From assembly GCA_964291675.2 (NCBI GenBank), contig OZ219866.1, forward strand, positions 352,001-416,000: 64,000 bases of DNA. The letters are read 5' to 3'. Origin of the DNA: Alphaproteobacteria bacterium (GTDB taxonomy: Bacteria > Pseudomonadota > Alphaproteobacteria > MPNO01). Position numbers and translations under genes: made by a program. The notes below the pieces were generated by a model, which had not been told where the DNA came from, did not search any database, and saw only the letters and a program-made list of their open reading frames with translations. How positions within the stretch are numbered: position 1 is the first letter of the stretch; each line of letters opens with the position of its first letter. Of this stretch, positions 46,909 to 56,167 are shown piece by piece.

Positions 46909-47670
46909 CTATCGCGGCGGCAGGCGGACCGCGCCGTCGAGCCGGATGGTCTCGCCGTTGAGCAGCGGGTTCTCCACGATGTGCTGGACGAGATGCGCGT
47001 ATTCCTCCGGCAGGCCGAGACGCGCCGGGAACTGGGTGATCGAGAGCAGCCCCTCGCGCACCGCATCGGGCACGTTGTCGAACATCGGCGTCTGCAGGAT
47101 GCCGGGCGCGATGGTCACGACGCGCACGCCCATGCGGGCGAATTCGCGCGCCGCGGGCAGCGTCAGCGAGGCGATGGCGCCCTTGGAGGCCGCATAGGCG
47201 GCCTGGCCGATCTGCCCGTCATAGGCGGCGACCGAGGCGGTGTTGACGACCACGCCGCGCTCGCCGGCCTCGTTCGGATCGAGGCCCGACATGGCGGCGA
47301 CGGCGAGCCGCATCGCGTTGAAGCTGCCGAACAGGTTGATGTCGACCACGCGGGTAAAATCTTCCAGCGGCATCGGTCCGCCGCGCCCGACGATGCGCCC
47401 GGCAGCCCCGATTCCGGCGCAGTTGACCAGCACCCGGGGGGTCCCGAGCGCGTCCGAGATTTCGGCGAGCGCCGCCTGCATCGCGTCCGCGCTGGTGACA
47501 TCGCAGCCCACCCCGGCGCCGCCGATCTCCGCGCCCACGGCTTTCGCGCCGTCGCCGTTGAGATCGACGATGCCGACCCTTGCCCCGAGCTCGGCCAGAC
47601 GCCTGGCGCTCGCCGCGCCGAGGCCGGATGCGCCGCCGGTGACCAGCGCCGAAATGCCCGCGATATCCAT
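46909..47670 (-). CDS. SDR, type II 3-hydroxyacyl-CoA dehydrogenase-like
   Basis: TGGASGLG; NTASVAAYDGQIGQAAYAASK; LNGETIRLDGA. Confidence 0.92.
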   Translation of the reverse strand: MDIAGISALVTGGASGLGAASARRLAELGARVGIVDLNGDGAKAVGAEIGGAGVGCDVTSADAMQAALAEISDALGTPRVLVNCAGIGAAGRIVGRGGPMPLEDFTRVVDINLFGSFNAMRLAVAAMSGLDPNEAGERGVVVNTASVAAYDGQIGQAAYAASKGAIASLTLPAAREFARMGVRVVTIAPGILQTPMFDNVPDAVREGLLSITQFPARLGLPEEYAHLVQHIVENPLLNGETIRLDGAVRLPPR

Positions 47671-47758
47671 CCCCGTCCCCCTCTCCGGTACCGCCGTCAG
47701 TTTACACCGCCGGCCCCGGCCCCTATAGCTGGCGCGAAACAAGCGGGTCAATTCCGAC

Positions 47759-48541
47759 GTGACGACGTTCGAGAGCGAGGCGCTGCGGTTCGAGCAGCGG
47801 GGGCCGGTCGCGATCCTCACCATCGACCGGGCGGAGAAGGGAAACGCGGTCGACACCCGGCTGATCCAGGACATCAACCGCTTCTTCCAGGCGGTGCCGG
47901 AGGAGGCGCGGGCGGTCGTGCTGTGCGGCGCGGGCCGGCATTTCTGCGCCGGGCTCGACCTCGCCGAGCACAAGGAGCGCGATCCCGTCGAATCCTTCGA
48001 GGCCTCGCGCTACTGGCACCGCACGCTCGACATGGTGGAGTTCGGCGGGGTCCCCGTGGTCGCCGCCATGCAGGGCGCGGTGATGGGGGGCGGGCTGGAG
48101 ATCGCCGCCGCCACCCATGTCCGGGTCGCCGAGCCGAGCGCGATCTACCAGCTCCCCGAGGGCCAGCGCGGCATCTTCGTGGGCGGCGGGGCGACGGTGC
48201 GGGTCACGCGCATCATCGGCGCCGGGCGCACCACCGAGATGATGCTGACCGGACGCCGCGTCTCCGCCGAGGAAGGCCAGGCGCTCGGCCTGTCGCACTA
48301 CCTGGTGGGCGAGGGCGAGGCGCTGGACAAGGCGATCGCCCTGGCCGGGACGATCGCCGGCAACGCGCCGATGGTCAACACGATGGCGGTCGGCGCGATC
48401 GGCCGCATCGCCGACATGTCGCGGCAGGAGGGACTGTTCACCGAATCGGTCGCCTCCGCGCTGACCCAGACCAGCACCGATGCGCGCGCCGGAATCGAGG
48501 CGTTCCTCGAAAGGCGCAAGGCCAAGTTTGGCGGAGACTAG
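47759..48541 (+). CDS. Crotonase / enoyl-CoA hydratase
   Basis: HFCAGLDL; GGGLE; LPEGQRGIFVGGG; EMMLTGR. Confidence 0.9.
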   Translation: MTTFESEALRFEQRGPVAILTIDRAEKGNAVDTRLIQDINRFFQAVPEEARAVVLCGAGRHFCAGLDLAEHKERDPVESFEASRYWHRTLDMVEFGGVPVVAAMQGAVMGGGLEIAAATHVRVAEPSAIYQLPEGQRGIFVGGGATVRVTRIIGAGRTTEMMLTGRRVSAEEGQALGLSHYLVGEGEALDKAIALAGTIAGNAPMVNTMAVGAIGRIADMSRQEGLFTESVASALTQTSTDARAGIEAFLERRKAKFGGD

Positions 48542-49467
48542 GAGGAATCGGCCTCCCGCGCGCCCGGTCGCGCCTTCTCGATCCGGACCGCGAGCACGGC
48601 GCCGATCACCAGCGCGGCGCCGGCGAGCTGGAGCGGGGTCAGCACCTGGCCCAGGATAAGGAACCCGGCGGCGATGGCGAACACGGGCTCCAGGTTCATC
48701 AGCAGCGAGGCGCGGATCGAACCGATCAGCGCGATCGCCCCGAAGAAGCCGAGCATCGACACGGCGTAGAACAGCGGCAGCGCGATCAGCCCGGCCCAGC
48801 CCTTTGCGGTCTGGGGGAGCGCGATGTCGCCGGCGACCAGGCAGATCGCGAGATAGATCAGCCCCGCCGAGATCTGCAGATGGAAGGTGAACAGGCGGGG
48901 GTCCTGGGTGCGCATCGCCCCGCCGCTCGCGACCACGAGGATCGACCATGAGATCGCCGCCCCGATGGCGAGCAGCGACCCCCACAGATTGGACCCTTGG
49001 CCGGTCGCGTCGAAGACCAGGATCAAGCCGGCGAAGGCGACGACGAGCCCGACCGCGATCGCCGGCGTGATCCGGTCCTGGCGGAAGGCGATGGCGAGCA
49101 GGGCGACCAGGATCGGGTAGATGTAGAAGATGGCGAAGGTGAGCCCGACCGCGATATGGGCGATCGAGGTGTAGAGGCAATAGGCCTGGATCGCGGCAAG
49201 CCCGCCGAGGGCGAGCGAGATCAGCCGCTCGCGGCGCGGCAGCGCGAAGCCGACGCCGGTGAAATGGAGCAGCGGCACGAAGACCAGCATCGCCCCGGCA
49301 TAGCGCGCGCTGATCGCCGCCAGCGGCCCGCCGCCGCCCTCGTAGGAGAACACCGCCGCCACCGTGGAGGCGGTGAAGGTGAGCGTCGCCCCGACCGCGA
49401 GCGCGATCCCGGCGAGCCCGCGCCGCCGGGCCGGGTCGTCGAGGAGCCCGGCCAAGACCGGAAGCAC
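48538..49467 (-). CDS. DMT/EamA family transporter
   Basis: About 10 TM segments; FYIYP; ASLLMNLEPV; LGQVLTPLQLAG; start uncertain. Confidence 0.85.
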   Translation of the reverse strand: MLPVLAGLLDDPARRRGLAGIALAVGATLTFTASTVAAVFSYEGGGGPLAAISARYAGAMLVFVPLLHFTGVGFALPRRERLISLALGGLAAIQAYCLYTSIAHIAVGLTFAIFYIYPILVALLAIAFRQDRITPAIAVGLVVAFAGLILVFDATGQGSNLWGSLLAIGAAISWSILVVASGGAMRTQDPRLFTFHLQISAGLIYLAICLVAGDIALPQTAKGWAGLIALPLFYAVSMLGFFGAIALIGSIRASLLMNLEPVFAIAAGFLILGQVLTPLQLAGAALVIGAVLAVRIEKARPGAREADSS

Positions 49468-49489
49468 GCGACCCGCCCTCGGCGGCTCG

Positions 49490-50494
49490 TCAGTTGAGCT
49501 TCAGGAGCTTCTTCGCGTTGTCGAGATAGAGCGCGCTGCGCTCGGCGTCGGTCACCTCGATCCCGTCGAGGATACGGATGGTCTCGCGGATATACATCGG
49601 CCCGCCCTCGGGATCGAACGGGCAGTCGGAGGCGAACAGGCACTTGTCGATGCCGAAGAAGGCAAGCCCGCAATCGGTCGCCGCGTCCGAGCCGAAGGTG
49701 GCGGTGTCGGCGTAGAACATCTTGAAGTAGTCGACCGGGCGCTTCTTCATCGAGGCCAGCAGCGCCTCGTAGTCCTCGTCCGCCGTGCGCGTGCCGAGCT
49801 GGTCCCAGCCCGGCCCGACGCGGCCCTCGAAATAGGGGATCATCGCGCCCAGATGGTGCGAGATGATCTTGATGCCGGGCAGCTTGTCGAAGATCCCGGA
49901 AAACACGATCCGGGCCATCGCCGCCGAGGTCTCGTAGGGCCAGCCGAAGGTCCACCAGATCTCGTACTTGGACTTGTCCTCGGTCAGGTAGTCGGGGTGG
50001 TTGGCGGCGCGCGCGGGATGCAGCCAGATCGGCAAATCGTGCCCCGCCATCTTCTCGAACACCGGGTAGAACTCGGGCTCGTCGAGCGGCCGGTTGTTGA
50101 CGTGGCTGAAGATCTGCACGCCGCAGGCGCCGAGCTCGCCGATGGCGCGGTCGATCTCGTCCACCGTCGCGTCCATGTTGTTCATCGGCAGCGAGGCGAT
50201 GAAGCTCGGGAAGCGGTCCGGGTAGCGCCGGCAGAGCGCCGCCATGCCGTCATTGGCGAGCCGGGCGAGCTCGGGCGTCCGCTCGGGGCCGGCGATGAAC
50301 TCGATCGGCGGCATCGAGTTGGACAGGATCTGCTGGTACTCGCCGAAGGAGTCCATCATCCGCAGCCTTGCGTCCACATCGTAGAGCACCGGGATGTTGA
50401 GCCAGCGCTTGATCGGCCCCTTGTTGGGGATGACCTCCTGCATGCGCTCGAAATACTTGACCGGAAAGATGTGGTTGTAGATGTCGAGCTTCAT
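49490..50494 (-). CDS. Amidohydrolase_2 family (ACMSD-like decarboxylase/hydrolase)
   Basis: DIYNH; NDGMA; IWLHP; FGWPYET; HHLG; FASDCPF. Confidence 0.88.
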   Translation of the reverse strand: MKLDIYNHIFPVKYFERMQEVIPNKGPIKRWLNIPVLYDVDARLRMMDSFGEYQQILSNSMPPIEFIAGPERTPELARLANDGMAALCRRYPDRFPSFIASLPMNNMDATVDEIDRAIGELGACGVQIFSHVNNRPLDEPEFYPVFEKMAGHDLPIWLHPARAANHPDYLTEDKSKYEIWWTFGWPYETSAAMARIVFSGIFDKLPGIKIISHHLGAMIPYFEGRVGPGWDQLGTRTADEDYEALLASMKKRPVDYFKMFYADTATFGSDAATDCGLAFFGIDKCLFASDCPFDPEGGPMYIRETIRILDGIEVTDAERSALYLDNAKKLLKLN

Positions 50495-50698
50495 GGCGAA
50501 CCCCCCGCTCTCCGCCGCGCCGCCAGCGCGGCGCGCAACCCGCCGGCATTATGGCCGCCGCCCCGGAAGCTGCCAAGCAGAGGCCCCGAAGAGTCGCGCG
50601 ACTTGACAGTTGCACCGCCCCCACCCAGCATGAACGGACCGGTTCGCCTCCCGAGACCGGCCAGGCGGGCCGCCGGACGAATCGAAGGGAGGAATGAG

Positions 50699-51688
50699 AT
50701 GTTGAAGAAGCGTTTGCTGCTCGGGGGACTCTCCGTTCTGGCGGCAGCCGCGGTCTCGCTGCCCGCGCTCGCCCAGGCCCTCAAGGAAGTAACCACCACG
50801 GTCCCGAGGAACAGCGTCTTCATCCTCAGCGCCTATGGCGGCAAGGATGCGGGGATCTACGAGAAACACGGGATCGACTTGAAGCTCGATCCGCGGCCGT
50901 TCCGCGGCCACGTCGCGGGCCTCCCCGCCAAGGAATGCATGGTCACCTACTACCCCGGCACGGCGGCGATCGCCCGCATCAACAAGGGGCTCGACTGGGT
51001 GGTCATCGGCGGCGGGCTGACGGTGATGCAGGAGGTCATGGTCCGCAACGAGGCCCCGTTCAAGGCGGTCCCCGACCTGCGCGGCAAGAAGTTCTCCAGC
51101 TGGTCGACCGGCGCGGGCGCCTTCAAGGCGACCCGGGCGGCGCTGATCGACGCCTACGGCATCGACGTGCTCAAGGACACCGATTTCGTGCAGGCCGCCG
51201 CGCCGGCGCTGTTCAAATTCCTGGAGAACGGCAAGGTCGATTCGATGTTCAACATCTCCTCGTTGACCGTCGCGGCCCTGGCGCAGCCGGACAAGTACCG
51301 CTCGATCTTCTCGGCCAACGCCTATTGGAAGGAGAAGACGGGGTACCCGGTGGTCTGGTCGGCTCCGATCGTCGCCTGGCGCAGCTGGGTCGAGGAGGAC
51401 CCGGACCGCGCCAAGCGCTTCGTCGCGGCCTCGCACGAGGCCTGGGAGTGGCTGCGCAAGCCTGAAAACCTCGCCGCGGCGGTGAAGAAGCACGGCAAGC
51501 TCGCCGCGGTGAAGAACCAGGCCCAGGCCGACGTGTACAAGCGCCTGCTGTCCGAGAAGCGGGTGTTCCTGACCGACTGGAACCAGAAGGTGATCGACAC
51601 GCAATGGGCGTTCCTCGAAATGGCCCAGAAGCGCGGCGTGATCGACAAGGTTCCGGACAAGGCGAAGCACGGGCTGATCCTCGAATAG
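50699..51688 (+). CDS. ABC substrate-binding protein (NMT1/SsuA-like)
   Basis: Signal peptide; GIYEKHGIDL; DLRGKK; GKVD; GGGAGG RBS. Confidence 0.82.
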   Translation: MLKKRLLLGGLSVLAAAAVSLPALAQALKEVTTTVPRNSVFILSAYGGKDAGIYEKHGIDLKLDPRPFRGHVAGLPAKECMVTYYPGTAAIARINKGLDWVVIGGGLTVMQEVMVRNEAPFKAVPDLRGKKFSSWSTGAGAFKATRAALIDAYGIDVLKDTDFVQAAAPALFKFLENGKVDSMFNISSLTVAALAQPDKYRSIFSANAYWKEKTGYPVVWSAPIVAWRSWVEEDPDRAKRFVAASHEAWEWLRKPENLAAAVKKHGKLAAVKNQAQADVYKRLLSEKRVFLTDWNQKVIDTQWAFLEMAQKRGVIDKVPDKAKHGLILE

Positions 51689-51708
51689 GGACGCCCTGAC
51701 GCGAACGA

Positions 51709-51732
51709 CGCCGGGCCGGAAACGGCCCGGCG
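51709..51732. terminator. Hairpin between convergent genes (probable terminator)
   Basis: CGCCGGGCCG-GAAA-CGGCCCGGCG, perfect 10-bp stem. Confidence 0.6.
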
Positions 51733-51744
51733 CTTCGCGACGCT

Positions 51745-52458
51745 TCAGCCCCGGAACAGGGGCCCGAGCGACTCGGGCGCGGCGTCGTTGCCGACGGCGC
51801 GCAGCGCCGACCAGAGGATGGTCTGGTTGGAGCTCAGCACCGGGCGGCCGGTCGTCGTCGCGAGCGCGCCGAGCGAGGCGAAGGTGGGGAGGTCGGTGGC
51901 GAGCAGCACCACCGCATCCGAGTCGCCGAGGTCGAGCCGTTCCACCAGCCCGCGCAGACGACTGGCATCGACCCTCGGGACATCGGCCATCTGGCGGATG
52001 TCGAGGGTCGCGTCGTCGGTGACCTGGAACCCGCGATCGGCGAAGAACGGCGGCGCGAGTGCGTGGATCGCCGCCGGATAGGGCGTCCCCAGGGCGAAAC
52101 GGCAGACCCCGAGATGCGCCAGCGCATCGCGCAGCGCCGTCCAGGCCGAGATGCACCGGCAGCCGGTGCGCGCGGCGATCTCCCCGGTGCGCGCCTCGTT
52201 CCAGCCGGGCTCCATGATGAAACTCGTCACCATGTCGGCGTAGACGATGACGTCGACCCCGGTCGCCGCGAGCTCGTCGACCGCGCGGTCGACGTTTTCC
52301 TCCATCGCGTGCACCGCTGCCGGCGTCAGCTCCCCCTTGGCGAGGATTCTCGTGGCGTAGAGCGCGACGCCTGCGGGCAGGACCGACCACAGCTCCGGCT
52401 CCAGCACCCCGTTATTGGCCGGCACGACGAGGCCGATCCGTCCCGCTTCTCCGAACAT
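51745..52458 (-). CDS. Asp/Glu racemase / maleate isomerase family protein lacking the canonical cysteines
   Basis: RIGLVVPANNGVLEPE; VYADMVTS; LGTPY; LLATDLP; PVLSSNQ. Confidence 0.8.
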   Translation of the reverse strand: MFGEAGRIGLVVPANNGVLEPELWSVLPAGVALYATRILAKGELTPAAVHAMEENVDRAVDELAATGVDVIVYADMVTSFIMEPGWNEARTGEIAARTGCRCISAWTALRDALAHLGVCRFALGTPYPAAIHALAPPFFADRGFQVTDDATLDIRQMADVPRVDASRLRGLVERLDLGDSDAVVLLATDLPTFASLGALATTTGRPVLSSNQTILWSALRAVGNDAAPESLGPLFRG

Positions 52459-52461
52459 CGT

Positions 52462-53820
52462 TCAGCTCCAGTCCACCGCGCCGCGGCGCAGCCACCGCCC
52501 CGCCGGCGCGCCGCCGACATGGCGGCCGTCCTCCGCGATCACCCGGCCGCGCAGCACGGTGAGCACCGGCCAGCCGCGCAGCGTCGTCCCCTCGAAGGGG
52601 GAGCGTGCCGCCCGGGAGCGGATGGCGCCGCCATCGACGGTCCGCGCGAGCGCCGGGTCGAGCAGGACCAGGTCGCCGTCCGCCCCGATTGCGAGCCGGC
52701 CCTTGCGGTCGGCGATGCCGAACAGCCGGGCGGGGATCGCGCACAGCGCCGCCGCGACCCGCGTCCACGGGATCTCCCCCGCGGCGGCGAGATCGGCCAC
52801 CGCGGGCACGATGGTGTCGAGCCCGGGCGTGCCGCCGGGCACCGCCCAGGGCGACGGCCGGTCCTTCTCTTCGACGGCGTGCGGCGCGTGGTCGGAGCCC
52901 ACGAAATCGGCCGCGCCCGAGGCCAGAGCCGCGCGCGCGGCCGCACAATCGTCCGGGCTTCGCAGCGGCGGCACCATCAGCGCGAACGGCCCGTGCCGGC
53001 CGACCGCGCCGTCATCGAGGCGGAGGTGATGGGGGGTAACCTCGACGGCGACGGCGAGGCCGGGATCGTCGCGGCGGGCGGCCTCGATCATGGCGAAGCC
53101 TCGTGCGGTGCACACCTGCCGGGCGACGATCCGGGCACCGGTCGCGCGCGCGACCTCGATCAGCCGGGCGAGCCCCGTCGCCTCGCCGATTGGGTCTCGC
53201 GCCTCCGCAAAGGCGGCGAAATCGGTGCGCCCCGAGAGCCGCTCCAGCGCGGCGGCGACCATGGACCGGTCGCCGGTATAGACGCCGATCACACCGCCGC
53301 AGGAGGCGACCGCCTCCGCCGCCCGGACGAGGCCGTCGCCGTCGAGCAGCATCGTTTCCGGGGCGTCGGACAGCAGCGCCTCGAAGGAGCTCACGCCCAG
53401 ATCCCAGAGGGCGGGAAGGTCGGCGATGTTGTCCGGCGTGACCCCGGCCTGGACGGTGAAGTCGACCAGGCTCGCCCCCTCCCCCGCTTTGCGCATCGCG
53501 GCGATTCCCTCCGCCCCATCGGCCGGCGGATCGGTGTTCGGCATGCACATCACCGTCGTCACCCCGCCGCAGGCGGCGGCGAGCGTTCCGGTCGCGAAGG
53601 TCTCCTTGTGCGGATAGCCGGGGTCGCGCATGTGCACATGGGCGTCGATGAAGCCGGGGAACAGGAGCCGTCCACCCGCGTCGATGACGGTGTCCGCCAC
53701 CGGCCGGTCATCCGCCTCGACCAGGGCCGCGATGCGCCCGTCATCGCCGACGACGATGCCGCCCGGCCGTTCCCAGGCCTCGGTCACCAGATGCGCGTCG
53801 TGTATCGCGAGCAGTGCCAT
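52462..53820 (-). CDS. Cyclic amidohydrolase (dihydroorotase/allantoinase family)
   Basis: PGFIDAHVHMRDPG; GGVTTVMCMPNT; EVTPHHL; PPLR; GSDHAPH; SPFEG. Confidence 0.87.
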   Translation of the reverse strand: MALLAIHDAHLVTEAWERPGGIVVGDDGRIAALVEADDRPVADTVIDAGGRLLFPGFIDAHVHMRDPGYPHKETFATGTLAAACGGVTTVMCMPNTDPPADGAEGIAAMRKAGEGASLVDFTVQAGVTPDNIADLPALWDLGVSSFEALLSDAPETMLLDGDGLVRAAEAVASCGGVIGVYTGDRSMVAAALERLSGRTDFAAFAEARDPIGEATGLARLIEVARATGARIVARQVCTARGFAMIEAARRDDPGLAVAVEVTPHHLRLDDGAVGRHGPFALMVPPLRSPDDCAAARAALASGAADFVGSDHAPHAVEEKDRPSPWAVPGGTPGLDTIVPAVADLAAAGEIPWTRVAAALCAIPARLFGIADRKGRLAIGADGDLVLLDPALARTVDGGAIRSRAARSPFEGTTLRGWPVLTVLRGRVIAEDGRHVGGAPAGRWLRRGAVDWS

Positions 53821-53905
53821 CTCTCTCCCCGGCAAACTATGCCACAGCGGGCGCGCGTTGACCCGGGATCGCGCGGGCGATATCGGTGGCGGGGGAGGTT
53901 CGCCG

Positions 53906-54910
53906 GTGCAGCTCCGAATCCTGACCGAGACCGACGTCCGGTCGCTGATCGACATGGATGCGGCGATCCCGATCCAGGAGGAGGCCTTCGCCCGGCTCGC
54001 CGCCGGCGAGAGCGTCGAGGGGTTGCGCAGCTTCGTGGTCTCGGAGAGCCCGCCCGGGGTCGCCATCTTCAACCCGTGCTTTCTTCGCAACGGCGGCGGC
54101 TACGGGGTCAAGGTGGTCTCCGACTTCTTCGGCAACACCGCGCGCGGGGCGGCGCGGATGTCGGCCCTCGTCACCCTGTTCGACGGCCAGACCGGCCATC
54201 CGCGGACGGTGATGGAGGGCGGCTACCTGACCGATCTCAGGACCGGGGCGGGGACCGGCGCCGCCGCGCGCCGCCTCGCCCGGCCCGATTCCCGCGTCGT
54301 CGCCGTGGTCGGCGCCGGCAGGGTCGCGCGCAACCAGCTCCTTGCGCTGGCGCGGACATTCGACATCGAACGCGTGCTCATCGCCGGGCGCAGTGAGTCC
54401 CGCGCCCGCGCCTTCGCCGAGGAGGTGCGGGGCGAGCACGGCCTGCCCGACGACGCGATCCTGGCGCGCTCGGCGGCCGAGGCGGTGCGCGCGGCCGACA
54501 TCGTGGTCGCGGCGACGACCTCGTCCGAACCCGTGATATTCGGCCGCGATCTCCGCCCCGGCGCCTTCGTCGCCGCGGCGGGCGCCAACGTCGCGACTGC
54601 CCGGGAGGTCGACACCGAGACCGTGCGCCGCGCCGCCAGGCTCGCGATCGACAGCCCGGCCGACAGCCTGGCCAATGCCGGCGACCTCGCGATCCCGATC
54701 GCCGAGGGCGCGATCCGCGAGCAGGACGTGGCCGGGATCGCCGACATCATCGCCGGCACAAGGCCGGGACGGCAGACGGCGGACGAGATCGCCTATTACA
54801 AGTCGATCGGGCTGCCGATCCAGGACCTGATCACCGCCCAGCATATCGAGCGCCGCGCCATCGCCGCCGGCGCCGGGACGGTAATCGAGATGGGCGGCGA
54901 CCATGACTGA
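53906..54910 (+). CDS. Ornithine cyclodeaminase / mu-crystallin family protein
   Basis: GVKVVS; LTDLRTGA; VGAGRVA; ADIVVAAT; YKSIG..IQD. Confidence 0.88.
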   Translation: MQLRILTETDVRSLIDMDAAIPIQEEAFARLAAGESVEGLRSFVVSESPPGVAIFNPCFLRNGGGYGVKVVSDFFGNTARGAARMSALVTLFDGQTGHPRTVMEGGYLTDLRTGAGTGAAARRLARPDSRVVAVVGAGRVARNQLLALARTFDIERVLIAGRSESRARAFAEEVRGEHGLPDDAILARSAAEAVRAADIVVAATTSSEPVIFGRDLRPGAFVAAAGANVATAREVDTETVRRAARLAIDSPADSLANAGDLAIPIAEGAIREQDVAGIADIIAGTRPGRQTADEIAYYKSIGLPIQDLITAQHIERRAIAAGAGTVIEMGGDHD

Positions 54911-54931
54911 CCCGAGTATCGAGCCGGGCGC

Positions 54932-56167
54932 ATGACACCCGCTTCCCTTGCCTGCATCAGATGCGGCGAGACCCACCCGCTCGATGCCTTCGCGCGCGCC
55001 TGCCGCGCCTGCGCCGAGGCGGGCGTGACCGCGAATCTCGGCGTGGTCTACGGCGACGCGGCGCCGCCCAGCCGGGACGCCATCCCGGCCGGGCCCGCCA
55101 CGCTCTGGCGCTTCGCGGACGCGCTGCCGCTCGCCGCGGAAGACGCGGTGAGCCTGGGAGAGGGGATGACCCCCCTGGTCCCGGTCGCCGCGCCGAATTG
55201 CAGTTCGCTCTGGGTCAAGGACGAGACCCGCAACCCGAGCTGGTCGTTCAAGGACCGGCTGGCGAGCGTCGCGGTCTCCTGGGCGAAGAAGATCGGTGCC
55301 GGGGTCGTCGCCACCTCGTCGTCGGGCAATGCCGGGGCGGCGGCGGCTTCCTATGCCGCGCGCGCGGGCCTCCCCTGCGTGGTGCTCACCTTCCGGGGCG
55401 CCGCCGGGCCGATGGTCGGGCAGATCCGCGCGGCGGGTGCCATGGTCCTCGAATGCGCGGAGAAGGAAGACCGCTGGCGCATCCTGTCCCAGGCGGTGAA
55501 AGAGTTCGGCTGGTTCCCGACCTCGCCCTTCTTCGGACCGGCGGCGGGCAGCAACCCGATCGGCATCGAGGGTTACAAGACGCTGGCCTACGAGATCGCC
55601 GAAGGGCTCGGCTGGCGGGCGCCGGACTGGTGCGTGCTGCCGGTGTGCTACGGCGATGCGCTGTTCGGGCTGTGGAAGGGGTTCGACGAGATGCGGCGCT
55701 GGGGCTGGACCGAGGCAATGCCGCGGCTGGTCGCCGCCGAGGTGTCGGGCTCGCTCGCCGCCGGGCTGACGGGCGAGGAGCCGATGCCGCCGGCGGCGGG
55801 GCGCGACGGGGACTCGATCGCGGTTTCGATCGACATTGCGCGCAGCACCGCGCAGGCTCTGCTCGCGCTGCGCCGGACCGACGGCATCGCGGTCGCGCTC
55901 GACGACGCGGAGATCGCCGCCGCGCAATCCGCGCTCGCGCGGCGCGAGGGGCTGTTCGTGGAGGCCTCCTCGGCCGCCGCCTTCGCGGCTATCGAACGAC
56001 TGGGCGGCGCCGGCGCGTTCCGCGGCAGCGACAGCGTGGTCGCAATCGCCACCGCGTCCGGGCTGAAGGATATCGGTTCCTCCGCCGCCGACGCGCTGCC
56101 CGCGGCGGGTACGGATCTCGACGGCCTTCGCCGCGCGCTCAAGCAAGGCTACGGTTTCGATGTCTGA
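54932..56167 (+). CDS. Threonine synthase-like PLP enzyme (fold type II)
   Basis: CxxC...CxxC N terminus; LGEGMTPL; NPSWSFKDR; SSSGNAG; EGYKT. Confidence 0.87.
   Translation: MTPASLACIRCGETHPLDAFARACRACAEAGVTANLGVVYGDAAPPSRDAIPAGPATLWRFADALPLAAEDAVSLGEGMTPLVPVAAPNCSSLWVKDETRNPSWSFKDRLASVAVSWAKKIGAGVVATSSSGNAGAAAASYAARAGLPCVVLTFRGAAGPMVGQIRAAGAMVLECAEKEDRWRILSQAVKEFGWFPTSPFFGPAAGSNPIGIEGYKTLAYEIAEGLGWRAPDWCVLPVCYGDALFGLWKGFDEMRRWGWTEAMPRLVAAEVSGSLAAGLTGEEPMPPAAGRDGDSIAVSIDIARSTAQALLALRRTDGIAVALDDAEIAAAQSALARREGLFVEASSAAAFAAIERLGGAGAFRGSDSVVAIATASGLKDIGSSAADALPAAGTDLDGLRRALKQGYGFDV

Noticed and set aside
52462-56167. Housekeeping pyrC and thrC assignments
   Set aside because: Altered metal ligands and the catabolic context favour paralogs with other substrates, so gene symbols were withheld.
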